From the NCBI RefSeq assembly GCF_963921235.1, contig NC_086109.1:17114001-17178000 (forward strand): 64,000 nucleotides of DNA, given 5' to 3'. Position 1 is the first letter of the stretch, and the number at the start of each line of letters is the position of its first letter. The notes under the pieces were generated by a model. It did no database searches and was not told where the DNA came from. It saw only the letters and a list, made by a program, of their open reading frames with translations. This document shows, piece after piece, positions 11,705-25,200 of this stretch. This DNA is from Mobula hypostoma (Eukaryota). Position numbers and translations under genes: made by a program.

Positions 11705-12830
11705 AAATACCATCCCCTTCCCTCAATTCCTCCACCTCTGTTCCCAGGATGAGGTTTTTCATTCCAGACCTAGTGAGATGTTCTCCTTCAAAGAAAGAGT
11801 CCTTTCCTTGCTCTGCCATCAACTCTGCCCTTACCAGCATCTCTTCCATTTCATGCACATCCTCCTGCCACCGCACCAGGGATAGAATTCCTCTGGTCCT
11901 CACCTACCACTCCACCACCCTCCATGTCCAGCACATAATTCTCTGTAACTTCCGCTATCTCCAACAGGATTCCACCACCAAGCATGTCTCTCCCCCTCCC
12001 CCCACCCCTTCCTGCAGGGATTGCTCCCATGACTCCCTTGTCCACTCGTGCTTTCCCACTGATCTCCCACCCGGTACTTATTCTTACAAGCAGAACAAGT
12101 GCCACACCTGCCCCTACACCACCTCCCTCATGACCATGCAGGGCCCCAAACAGTTCTTCCAAGTGAGATGACACTTCACCTGAGAATCTGTTGGGATCAT
12201 CTAGTTTCTGTTGCTCACGTTGTGGCCTCCTGTATAATCGGTGAGACCCAACGCAAATTGCACTTCACCGAGCACCTACGCCAGAAAAAGCAGGATCCCC
12301 GGTGGCCACCCATTTTAATTCTACTTCCCATTCCCATAAATCAGTCCATGGCCTCCTCTCCTGCCATGATGAGGCCAGTGAAGTTGGAGGAGCAACACCT
12401 TATATTCCGTCTGGGTAGTCTTCAACCTGATGGCATGAACATTGATTTCTCAAACTTCCAGTAATCCCTGTCCCCTTCACCATTACCTTCTCTCACCTTA
12501 CCTGCCCATTACCCCTCTCTGGTGCTCCTCCCCCTTCCCTTTCTTCCATGGCCTTCTGTCCTCTATGAGATTTCCCCCTTCATCCTTTTCTCTTTCCCCA
12601 ACTTCCCAGCTCTTTCTTTCACCCCTGCCCCAGCTTCACCCATCATCTAGTACCTTGTACTTCCTCCCCTCGCCCACCCCCCACCAACCTCTTACCCTGA
12701 CATCTTTTTCCAGTCCTGACAAAGGGTCTTGGCCCAAAACATCAACTGTTTACTCTCTTCCATAGATGCTGCCTAGCCTGCTGAGTTTCCCTAGCATTGT
12801 GTGTATTACTTTTATTTCCAGTATATGGAA
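11705..12830 (+). mobile_element. Penelope-like element, degenerate (RT C-terminus, GIY-YIG endonuclease, terminal repeat)
   Basis: Peptides RIPLVLTYH, KCHTCPY, IGETQRKL..FTEHL, LEEQHLIFRLGSLQPDGMNIDF; frameshifted. Confidence 0.85.
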
Positions 12831-13067
12831 ATGTCCTCATTTAGAAGAGTGTACAAATCGGCTTCAGTCAAAAGGGAAAAAAATACAGAGGCGCAAAAAA
12901 GGAAACCAGGAGAGAACCACAAAAGATTGAATGGTCCAATACTGTAATGAAATTCTACAGGAAGATTTGTCCATATTTACTTTGTGAATTAAGTTCCAAT
13001 TGTTATTCCACAGGACTTCCAAGATGAAAAATGTATTATTGCAGAACTGCAGCCCAAGTGAGATATT

Positions 13068-13102
13068 AAACAACACAGAATAGGTTAATGTTCATCTTTA
13101 TT
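13068..13102 (-). terminator. Polyadenylation signal AATAAA (13102-13097) with downstream GU-rich element
   Basis: Minus strand reads AATAAAgatgaacattaacctaTTCTGTGTTGTTT. Confidence 0.6.
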
Positions 13103-16100
13103 ATATAAGCACCTTGTACTTTGTGCATTTTTTCCAGTTTTTTTATATAAAACAAGGATTTGAGAGTATTGGCATTTTAACAATAGAACATTTTAAAATA
13201 ATTACTTGATCTTTATACTTTACCCAATGGCTTAATTGAAGATTATAAGGAATACACAATGGTAAAATATTAATGTGCACCAAACTAGTTACTGTTTTTC
13301 ATTGCACTAGAGTCCAAGCATATTTAGCATTTAAAAGATCACCTTTATGATGCCAAGTCTAGCCACCATTTACATTAAAACAAAAAGTGTCAGAATGTAC
13401 CAAACAGGAAGACAATAAAAACCAAAATGTTCTATACAAGATTGTGCTAATGATTTGTGCAGCTAGCGAACAAGTTGTACCCACAGAAGTCTCCCTTAAA
13501 AATGGATATTCTGTGGTATTGCTTCAACAAGATCCTATATGCCCTCCTAATTAAAGTGATGAGCAATTATTTGGTGCAAGTATAATGCCATCTCAGTTGT
13601 ACAAAACTTTCTTGTTAACAGGGCTTAGCCTAGGGAGGACATTGAGTTCTATTAGATTGGGGTAAATTAAGGTGAGTAGATTGGGAAGTAGAGGAGAAAG
13701 GTAAAGTTTCTTTTTAAAGAAACAGAATTTTTGACATCAAGAAAACATACACTTCCATCCACTAGTTAACATCACACACAAGTACAAGAGATCTTATCCC
13801 TGTCCTCAAAACCTTGATGACAGCCGTAACAAGACTTCCTTTTCTCATGTCATCAAATCATGTTGAACTGTCGGAGGCCAGGGTACTAACAACAGTTTGA
13901 GGGAACTTCTCCCAGGGATGGCTTCTGCAACCATGATACCATGCAAAGTCCCACATTTCTGAGTTGGCAAATTTTGCATGTGACTGCACTAAAACTGAGA
14001 AAATGCGTAAAGCATACTCTCAATGCTAAGAGATGGATGATAATGTAGGCTAGCTCATCAGCCAAACAAGTGCATTGTTGACCAAGACAGAAGTACATAG
14101 GTCACAACTTGAAGGTTTTAAAGTTGCAAGTTATATAATGAGGCCTTGTGGGTAGTTATTAACTAATCATTTTGTCCATTACCTAGTGTAGTCTTTCCAA
14201 AAAGCATTTTAAAGCAAATATAGGATGAACTATCCTTGCCTGTACATTTACAAGTAGAGGTATTACACAAATCAATGCAAATATACTTCTACATGATATG
14301 TTTAAGCAAATACAGCTTAATATGATAAATTGCTTTAATTATTACTAAACCACATTTAATTTGTAGCATGGATGGTTTGCCCACATGGAATTCAGCATTC
14401 CTGTGAAAGTGTGTATGAAGCTGGACCTTGGCACATTAAAGAGAAATACAGGCCAAGTAGGAAGCAGGATGACATGTTCCATGGTTGCATTTAAGTAGAA
14501 TGCCAAGTCCTGTGGAAAATGGACACTTTGCTGGATGAAGTAGGAAAAAGTGGATCAAGTTTCAGCATTGCCCAAGGGATCAGAGATGAATGCACACACA
14601 GGAAAACATGCCACAAGTTAACAACCAGGGATTTTTAAAAAAAAATACACTTTGTGAGTGAAGAGCAGTGCCTTAATAAAAACACAAAAAAAAACTAGTG
14701 CAAACCAATTAGAGGTAGCTGACTAAGAGGAGTTCCCAAATAGTTACAGTATCTGGAGTAAACTATAAGTTTGAACAATGAAGTGCCATTTCCACCTATC
14801 AAGGAGTTAACAAGAGATGACAAGTGCAATGGCTCTGGCTACTTCACATGTACACAAATGGAGTTAAGCAGGTACACAAAAAATAAAAAAAGGAGTCTAT
14901 AAATCAGACTAATAATTCCATCAACACTTTTCTGCTTTATTTTTGCTAAGAGCAACTTTAAATACTTGGACATGATCAGACATTTAGCGATTTGGAACAG
15001 GTCAACTTGCGGGAATAAGAAAATGACATTAAGTTTAAGTTCAGTTTGGAATAATTTCAAGGTTCAGAGTATTTTGGCTTACTTCTAGTTTCTCTAATTG
15101 ATGTGTTCTTGATTTTAGTGATCCTTGATCGCTGTGCATTCCACAGCACACAAGAGAAACAAGAACCTCCACATGCTTTTCTATATTTTTAAGATAACTT
15201 AGTTCACCCACTACTTTTGGAAGAAACAGCCACCTCCACCTTCAATTTTGTTCAACTGTCTATTCAACACATTATTTAAAACAATTAAACATCTGCACCG
15301 ATTTGCTTTGCAGCTTAAAAGTAGTTCAAGTGCATTATGACATCTTCATTCCAGAAGTGCTTATAGGTTGAGAAACCCACATAATACCCAGCTAAGGTAC
15401 TGAAGTAGGAATGATTCCTTAATAAATGATTGTGCTTAAGATTTGAAGCACTGAAACCTCCCATCAAAAGATGACAGACTAGGTATCTAGGTGAAGGTTC
15501 ATGACTCCCTGGATAGAAAGGTGATGCTGTTTGAAAATGCAACTGGAAATAAACCAAGCTGAAATTTATGACCCTGGACTAAACTCAAGAATGCTTTAAA
15601 ACTAAGATCATTTGCTCACAAGCACTACCTCTTCTCCCCCCCACCCCGCAACTTCGTCATCAAAGTCAATTACTTATTTGCCTTTTACAAGCCATTTCTG
15701 AAGTTTAATAGTAATACTGTTGTCTTTTTTTGAAGTGCTGCTTTCAATATAACTTTCTACTTTAGGGAACCCTTGCCTCTAATGTTCAATGAGCGACAAT
15801 TTTTCCTTTGACCTCAGATGCAACATACAAGGTGGGGTATAGCTGGGACAAACTGGAGTATAAAGTCCTCCCTTCTAAGCAGGGACGTTAATTTAGTCAC
15901 ATTCCTATCTCACTTTAAATCATTGTGTTCCCAATCTGCTCATGACTTCCAAAGATAATTTTGTGTTATGGATTTACATGTAGTAAGAAAGTAGCTAAAA
16001 CAGGCCTCAAAGAAACATGCTTTCGGACAGGTGGAAGTAAATGCTGTGTTTCACAGGCCTATTGCAGATTCAAATGTGGGTCTTAAAATTAAAGAACATC

Positions 16101-19096
16101 TTTGTTAAAGGTTCTGTGCAAGCTTGCACAAGCTTCATCTTCATTCAATGTAGGTGGTTTGATTTTTAATAGTATCAATTTCTCAACTAGAAACTGAAGT
16201 TATTTTAGGGAAAATTGATTTGGCAAAAAGAAAAATTATTTTCCCTCCCAATACAATCTCAAGGTAGATGTTAGGAATGTTATGTTGATCTCCAAACAGT
16301 AGTGAAGCCCAGAAAATGTAGATAATGGTTTTGAAATGTTAAGGTAAGTATCTGAACAAAAACTGTGTAAACAATTGATCACTCAATAATCACTGTGGAG
16401 CCCTTCCATGAATTATCCAGGGGGTTTTAAATATTTTCCACAGACAATCAAAAGGTTGAATTATTTTTCTATCCTGGAGTGACTGACCTTCATGGAGCTT
16501 TTCCTTGAACCTTAATTTTAAAGTAGGCTGATCTCCAGCCATCTTTTACCCAATTACCAAGTTTGCTTTACTGACACTACATTGGATTCTTGGCATCGAA
16601 TTTCAACATTGAAGCACCTATTACCATCCTTTGCAGTGTAGTGTTTATATGGCCTGGTGGTGTCCATTTACAGACTAATCAGGGTCCATCCATCTCATAG
16701 GTTTGAAATATAAATGAACAGGTACAGGTTAGTGACTAATGTGCTAATTAATACTAATTTAGCAATACTAAAATGAATTAGTACTAATTAACAAGTCAAT
16801 TAATACTTAATCCTATCCTAATATAATTTGAAATGTACTTTTAGATCTGAAGGAAGAGCATTCCCTCCCCCCCAAAGGAATCCTGCTGTACAAAACTAAG
16901 TAGTTAATAAAAGATATTTTTCCACTGTATCCAAGTTGGTGTACTCCTTGGAACTCAAGTTCCCAATGCAAGTGGCCATTTAAAATGTCTCTTTGGGAAG
17001 CTGCAACATTAATACAAGCATCAGCTTTTCATCCCAAGTGTCACAATTCTCCCTTATATTAAAATAGTTAAATTAGTCCAGAGTTGACTTTCCGTCCCTA
17101 AATGTTGTTCATTTGTCTACCAACCCTATCAGCAGATCCTTCAAAGCACAGAGTTGGAGTTGATAGCAAAAACAACCCTGAAATTAAAGACTTGCATTTT
17201 ACATAGTCTGATCAATCCATACTGATTAAAATTGTAAACTGCATATGAATTCCAGCTCTTTGCATGTAACTTATAGTGTTATCTCTATCAAACAGATTCA
17301 AGAAAGGTGGAGTGTTCAATACTCTGTTCAGAAATGCAAAAGGCAAAGTAGGTTGGAGTGGGCAGTCATTGCAGATTTGCACAATAAATCAGAGTCTATA
17401 TTCCCACAGTTTCCATCACTCCAACAAAGTTAACCTATTTACTTATCTGTCCCACAATACCTGCACCCCATCATGAGACAATGTAACCAACATGCATCCA
17501 TACTACATACATATATCTTGACTGTGTGAAAGTTGGAAATGATACTCTTGTGCTATGCAAAACACTGAACTAAATTTAAGTAGTCCAGTATACTTGGCTA
17601 TATATCACAAAGTGAAAGACAAAAGACAAACTCAAAACCATAACAATTATCTTTACAGTTAATGATGAAATTACACAACAGTTTAAAAGATATACATTTA
17701 TAAAAAGCCATACTAGATGATTTATTTCCTGGAAGTGAAAATAAACGAGGCAGTTGCACAAAAAGGATAGATCATGCGTCAATTTGCACTTTGCCAATAT
17801 AGAGTGGAGTGTAATACACCGGTGTTGGTTCACCTAAACATTTTGAAAAGCCCAATCAAATACACTGGGAATGATGTTGATTCCCAGTTTGCTACAGACT
17901 GACAAGTAGACAAAAAGGTTACAGAAATAAGTAACAACTCGGTGATCTTCAACTTGGTCCAACTATGCTAAAATGGAGCTATGTGCAATTGCGAAAATGT
18001 AGTGTTTAATACTAGACAGTTCCAAGGTCATTCGGATCAGGAAGCCTTTTGAGGGCTCACAGGAAGTCAAGGACAAGAGCAACCTTGTTTCTGTCCTCCA
18101 TCTCAGGACTGTTGATTTTAGATCAACAGCCAAAGAATCCATAACATGGCTAACATTTAGAATTTAGACACCAACAGCACACTGAAAAGACAGACTACAG
18201 GCATAATTAAATCCAGTTTCAAACTTGAATTCCAAGCATTTTTCCTTTCTATCAGAATACTTTTTAGTATTCATTGAACTGAACAATGACAATGTGCAAC
18301 ATGATAGTGTTTGTTAATGTTTTGAAAAGGACCTTAATACACAAAGATCTTAAAGCTTTAAAGTATTAAAGCAGATGGTGGCCTTTTTTGTAAAATAAGG
18401 GACACCTTCCAGGCACTTGCATTAACACATTCTAAAGCTCAATGGTATTACCATTTCACATACATATCAAATAGTGCAGCTCTGCATTAATTTCCCAATC
18501 TGTGTCATCAAACAAATAAACTAAAGTGTAAAATTAGTGCAAAGTGACACTATTTGTGGAGAGAGAACAAGTGCCAACAAAAATTATTTGGAATTAAAAC
18601 AGAACAAGGGAAAGGACCAAAAGGCCAATGTTTAAAGTTATTTTTCCCTCTCCTCCCTCAACATCAAGGAGCTGAACGGTTACCAGCGACTCTGATACAT
18701 GCTCATGAAGCAGTAGTTTGCATGGATTAGAGCAAGAGAGAAAAAAGAGACAAATATGATGTACCTTCTATTTGTGGCAGAGATAACTCATAACCCCAAA
18801 CAATGATTTGCTCAAAAATACTGTTGGGGTAAAAAAAGCAAAAAGTCTCAAGTAGCTGTATTACTGTATCATAAAGTCAAAAGAATAAAAATATCAAGTT
18901 TTACTTTTGTGCTGCATAGCAGGTGGTAAAAAGTGACGCTGAACTAGTGTTAATACTGATACTGGTTTGTTGCCAAAAAAACCCTGCCTCAATGAACTGG
19001 GTTATTTTAACCCATCCTATTGCCCCACCCCCATCAACATTATGGGCATTTACTACAAATCCACACTGCCTTCAACAGTCACGTGGAGCCATTTTT
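13080..19096 (-). other. DSTYK: Probable long (~6 kb) 3' UTR of DSTYK
   Basis: AT-rich stretch with no recognisable TE, in contrast to its flanks, ending at a canonical poly(A) signal. Confidence 0.6.
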
Positions 19097-19260
19097 TCAC
19101 GGCTGCCCAGAAACGTTTCTGCAGAGCCTGCCCATGATGCTTTGCAGGATGGGTTGAACAATTCCTAATAGAGGCCTCTGTGAAGGGTCACCACTCCAAC
19201 AAGCTTCCATCAGTTGCCAGCACTCCTCATCAAATGCAGGAAGCCGTTCTGGTCTTGCAC
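19097..19260 (-). CDS. DSTYK: DSTYK last coding exon (13), [22 protein letters not shown]...[10 protein letters not shown]
   Basis: Acceptor ctcccag|GT; stop TGA at 19099-19097. Confidence 0.95.
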
Positions 19261-22200
19261 CTGGGAGCACAGAATCATAAAAGATTTCCACTTAGTCCAG
19301 GGTGTGTACAAACTCTTTTAAAGAACTTCTCAATTCTTTCCCATTAGAGATTGCAAACCAGTTGCCCTAAAAATAGTTCTCTGGAAAGAGAAACAGTTAA
19401 TTAAAGTGGAGAACCTGAAGCCTTTAATGTACCCAAAAGATAAGTGCAGGTAGTCCATGAGTTAAGAGCCAACTTGCAGATTCAAACTTATGCAAACCCT
19501 CCCAAACAAAAACCAAAATGACGTTAAGGCTTGGCTGCTGTCTATGCTACTGAGGGGGAAGAAAAAAAAAATCAGAAACCACGAAACGACAACGAACTTC
19601 ATTTTCCCAAATCAGAAATTGAGTTATTTCTTTATCAATAACCCACAACAGTGGAAAGACGACATTAGTGGTGTGTATAGAGACCTGAGGATGCTTAAGT
19701 CCTGCACATTTGTTAGTCAAATGACCACAAAGTAGAAGTATTACCAACCCACAAGAAAATAACTCGATATTTCTTCCTCAGATCAAAGAATCAAAAAATA
19801 TTCACTGAAATTCTTAGTTCAAACATCAGTCAAGGACTGGAATCAGATGCACTCAAGTGTGTAAAAATTGTAAGACAATTACAGAGGACATTTTAAAATG
19901 GAAATTCAATTAATCATTAATGTTTTACTTCAAACAAAATGTGTTGCCAATCTGGTGCCAAGGTACTTTGTAACAGCTACACACCTTGGTTCTGGGAAAA
20001 TTATTCATATACGACTTGTGGAAATTTTGATTTACAGAGAGTCCTCAGCAACAGGACTGTTGCATAATTGGACACCGCCAGAATTTTTGATGTTAGACTA
20101 TCCAAGAAGCCAAGGGCAGCAGAAAGTGGAGGTGGGCATAAAAGTAGCAGAACACTCCTGGTCACCCCATCTGTGTTTTATCTGGAAGGACTTCTTGGTG
20201 CTCATTTTAAACCATGGCTCTCCTTCAATTTAGTATCCTGCTCTTTTGTGCTTTCCCCAAATTCCTGCAGCAACTGAGACCAAGTTCTAGGATTCCTTCC
20301 CATCTCTTCCCCAATGCTCATTTTAAGAGATTCCTTACCTATTTGTTTACACTCCTGCAAGCAAAACCATTGTTAAATACATGACAATAAGTACAAATAA
20401 TCATTAAGGGAAGCTCTGATTCATTTGACTACGACGGAAAGTTAAGAGTAATAATTACCTTTCTTCACATTGGTCCACAGCTGATCCTTACTTGAACATT
20501 TCTCAAATGCTTCTGGGAGTTTAATTGTCCCCGTGCAAAGGTACCAGAAAAGGATGCCAAATGCATACACATCTACAGAATTATCATACTTTCCTGAAAG
20601 GGGAGCAGAATAGGAGGGGACAAAATTAAGCATATAATCTTAAGGCAAGAAGGTATGTTGTTGCATAATTCTGTTATACAAGTGGCACAATTGTGCAGTT
20701 AGTAGAGCCGCTGCCCCACAACTCATTGGCCCAGGTTGAATCCTGACCTTGGCAACTGCTTGTGTAGAGTTTACACATTTCACCCACCTCCACTGCTGGA
20801 ATGATAATGGGTGCTTCCACATCGCAAAAACATGCAGGCTGGTCGTTCAACTGGTCACTAGTGTGTAAGCAAGTAGTAATAATTGCAGTTGATGAGAAAG
20901 AGAATAAACACAAGATTAATATAGGTTTAGTTTAAACTGTGGTTGATGGTCAGTATGCACCTAGGGATTGGACAGGCTAGATGCAGGAAGATTGTTCCCG
21001 ATGTTGGGGAAGTCCAGAACGAGGGGCCACAGTTTGAGGATAAAGGGGAAGCCTTTTAGGACTGAGATTAGGAAAAACTTCTTCACACCGGGAGTGGTGA
21101 ATCTGTGGAATTCTCTGCCACAGGAAACAGTTGAGGCCAGTTCATTGGCTATATTTAAGAGGGAGTTAGATATGGCCCTTGTGGCTACGGGGATCAGGGG
21201 GTATGGAGGGAAGGCTGGGGCGGGGTTCTGAGTTGGATGATCAGCCATGATAATAAATGGCGGTGCAGGCTCGAAGGGCCGAATGGCCTACTCCTGCACC
21301 TATTTTCTATGTTTCTATGCACCTGGTGGGCCAAAGACCACAAGACCATAAGATATAGGAGCAGAAGCAGACCATTTGGCCCATTAAGTCTGCTCCACCA
21401 TTCAATCATGGGCTGATCCAATTCTTCCAGTCATCCTCACTCCTCTTTCACCCCACACCCTTTGATGCCATGGCTAATCAAGAACCTATCTATTTCTGCC
21501 TTAAATACACCCAATGACTTGGCCTCCACAGCCGCTCATGGCAACAAATTCCACAGATTTACCACCTTCTGACTGATCCACATCTCAGTTCTAACAGGAC
21601 GTCCATCAATCCTGAAGTCGTGCCCTCTTGTCCTAGAATCCCCAACCATGGGAAATAACTTTGCCATATCTAATCTGTTCAGGCCTTTTAACATTCTGAA
21701 TGTTTCTATGAGATCCCCCCTCATTCTCCTGAACTCCAGGGAATACAGCCCAAGAGCTGCCAGACGTTCCTCATACAGTAACCCTTTTCATTCCTGGAAT
21801 TATTCTCATGAATCTTCTCTGAACCCTCTCCAATGTCAGTATATCCTTTTTAAAATAAGGAGCCCAAAACTGCACACAATACTCCAAGTGTGGTCTCACG
21901 GGTGCCTTATAGAGCCGCAACATCAGATCCCTATCCATGAGTACAATATAGCACAAATATGTTTGTGGAGCTAAATGGCCTTTACCTGTTCTTTTCATCA
22001 GCTTAACAGCAACAAAGAAGTGAAGTAATTTGGAAGACTGCTTAGGTGCCCAGTCTATCTTCGACAATGAAAACGCTTTGTTCATGGTGAAGAGTCATTT
22101 CTGGGGAGGCAGTTGTTAAACTCTATTCACACAAGCAGTGATACCAGGAAAAGGAAAGCACATTTTATAACCACAACCTGAATTAAAGTGAAGGGCGAGC

Positions 22201-25200
22201 ATCAGTGATCAGCAACCTCTCAGCACACCCTTGGCAGCTTCACGGTAAACATGGACTGCTTCTTGCACATTTCTCAAGCCATCTCTTTTAAGCACATGGA
22301 CCAAAACAGCTCATGGTGGAAAAACGTCAGCTAAGAGCATCATCTCTCTCAAGATCCTGTGATCATCTAATGTTTAATAGACACTGGACAGCAAGAAAGG
22401 AAATCTTGAATGTCAACTTAGGGAAGTAGGAAACGCCAAAGTCAGCAGAGATCAAGATTTGAACCCATTTTTCCCAGTAAGGCTTCCTATTACTAAAGGC
22501 CACTAAGTGGCAGAAACCTACAAACTTCTCAGTCAATTTCAATGATTACAGAAGACAATCCAGTGATGAAGCAACATACCCGAAAAGAGCTCAGGTGCCA
22601 TGTGTATAGGGGTTCCCACAATGCTTCCAGACATCATTGCCTCAGGCTTGCAAAATCCCAGGTCTGTGATTTTGGCTCGATTTTGCTTATCCAACTTTGG
22701 GATTGCAAAAGGGAAACAAAAGACATTATGTTAAAAGCACCAAGAACAAGAAATAGTAAAACCCAATATCAAGCTGCCACATTGTCCAGTACTCAAACTA
22801 AATGACCAGTCCTTTGTCAATGGATTAAAACCAATACTGGAAATCAGTCTCCATAGGTAGAGGTACAAGTTAGAAACAGCAAACTGAATTCTAAATTCCC
22901 TCCCATTAATCATAGTGGCAAGCTGATGCTCTTTGCTATGATGGCAGCAGAACAAGCTGAGCACTGAACTCGCTCACTATGGCCTTCATTCTGAGGCCAG
23001 CAAACCAAGAATGATGCATTTCTGAGTTTCTTGTGCCACTATGCTAACTAAAATATACGTATCTGGTGACTTTGTCAGACACTTGATTCTCATCCTGCCA
23101 GACAAGCAGAATTTTTTTTGAACTAGTTATTGTTAAGGAGCCAAGTCTACCCGTAACAGGAATTAAGAATGTTTTGATAATTAGAAAGGCTCTTCATCTG
23201 CTCCACCAGTAAAGAATGGTTGAATTGAATACAAGCTGTACATACCAAGAACATTTTAATATCCTCTGCTACCATCCACCTACACCATCTTGTCAATATT
23301 TTTTCTAGCAGACGATATACTACTACCGCCAACGTATGCTGAGCACTCTTTATCAAGCCTAGTGATATTGCCTGCAGTCCAACTTAATTAATATTTTATT
23401 TCTCGGGTTGCTTGAGTTCTGCCAAGAGATGGTCAAAGATAGTCTTGCACAAATGATGCAAATAAAGTGGCCAGTAGAGCATGAGCAAAGTTGTCAGGAT
23501 TGCAGGATATTTTAACTAACCCACATACATTGTATATAAACAAACTAACCAATCTTTCTTGACAACATACAGACCCAGATATCAGCGGATGCGATGCATT
23601 ATCTGTAACCAAGGTATTAAACAAGGGTGTGTCTGTCCCCAATAGCATTTGTTACAATCTTCACCAGTGTGCTTGAAGGCTTTGCATTCTAATATGACAG
23701 GTATTTCAGACGATATTCAATAAGAGAAATCTATAGCTCTGATGATTCGAGATCTAAAGCATATCCTAAAGTATAGGATTTAAAGTATAGGAGAACAGCT
23801 AACCATTTTAGTACATTTTGAAAAGTCCAATAACGGTTTGGAAAAAGGATGAGGAATTTGCTTAATGTCTTAAATTCTACAATGAAAATGCAATCATTGA
23901 CAGCATTGCATGAAGTCAGTCCATTATCTGCACTATTTGTATCTCACAAATACTTCTCAATCTGGGGTTGTACACTTTGTACAGATTCTATTTTAAAGAA
24001 AGGCAGGTTGGTTCTTCGTCTCCTGCCTCATTATAAATCTGATGTCAAAGCTTAGCTCCCTCATTTTTTAGTCAAAGAATTACAATGCATCAAGTGAAAT
24101 GCTTAGAGAGAAAACAACAAGATGTTCTTTTTTTAAGAACTGTTTTGACACGTCCAAAATCCAAGTACACATGAAAGATTGTCATTTTGTCAGATGGATT
24201 TGCATCATTCCCTTTCAACTTTGCTGCTTTGCTTTATTGCATCTTACTATCTAAAACAAAGTCACACCAGGAACAGAGCAATGGATCAATAGCAACTCCA
24301 AATTTAATTGAAACAGAAAAATCACTCTCCAAGATTACAAACGCTAAAGGCAATAAGAAATATTAGTAATTTTGTTCTCCTTCTGCAAGCAATGAGGTAG
24401 ACTAGTTAATATCTGAACATTCAGTTTCAACATATCAATAATTGGAATCAACAGTGAGATCACTTTTCACTTAATTTGACTCCTGAACACATTGGCAGCT
24501 TAAAAAAAAATTCTACATGGTATGAGATCAAAATTACTTCTGCTTTCATAGTATTTGTCCATTTTAACACATGCAGCAAATGAGGGGTTACTAATTTGGT
24601 GTCACAGATTTCTTCGGCCTAAAAATGAGCCCATTCTTGGAGACAACACAAACATCTACATTCATTATATTCCAAAGCAAGGCAAAATTAAACACCAGCT
24701 CAGATTAAGTCACAAAAATATGAGGGAAAGTTTTCCATAAATACAAATTAAAATTTAAAAAAGGCCCAAGTCACACCCGAAACCAGGATTAAACAAGGTT
24801 TTCTATTCCAACATAGATTACATAGAGACTTTTAGAAGGGAATTGGATAAAAACCTTTCAAGACTACGAAGGGGAATCCATTCCACCCTTCCTTGCACTT
24901 ACCACAAAAGGTACAGTATCCTGTCTGCATTCTTTCCCACAATGCTACTCAAGTAGAACTGGAATCAATTCATGAAGGACTGATTAGTCCTGATCCAAAA
25001 GATATGGGATGTCCCTGGGTAACAAATGGGTTCCATTTTCATGGATGTCCCAAAGTCAGAAAATAGACAAAAGAAAAATCACTCTATTATGGTTACCATA
25101 CCTACACTGTATTGTAATGAATGGCATGAAAACACAGACTGTTGAGAACAATTGCTTAAAAAAAAACCTAATCGAAAAATGAAACTAGTTCTCCCATATA

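Noticed and set aside
1..13000. 5' exons of a neighbouring gene such as RBBP5 (adjacent to DSTYK in human, from memory)
   Set aside because: No matching coding sequence or CpG-island promoter seen.
16115..16130. 16-bp palindrome TGTGCAAGCTTGCACA
   Set aside because: About one palindrome of this length is expected by chance in 64 kb.
20681..20760. tRNA gene
   Set aside because: Degenerate tRNA-derived SINE head; no cloverleaf.
22580..22694. DLG in place of DFG as a sign of a pseudokinase
   Set aside because: DLG is normal for DSTYK; the catalytic Lys, HRD and APE motifs are intact.
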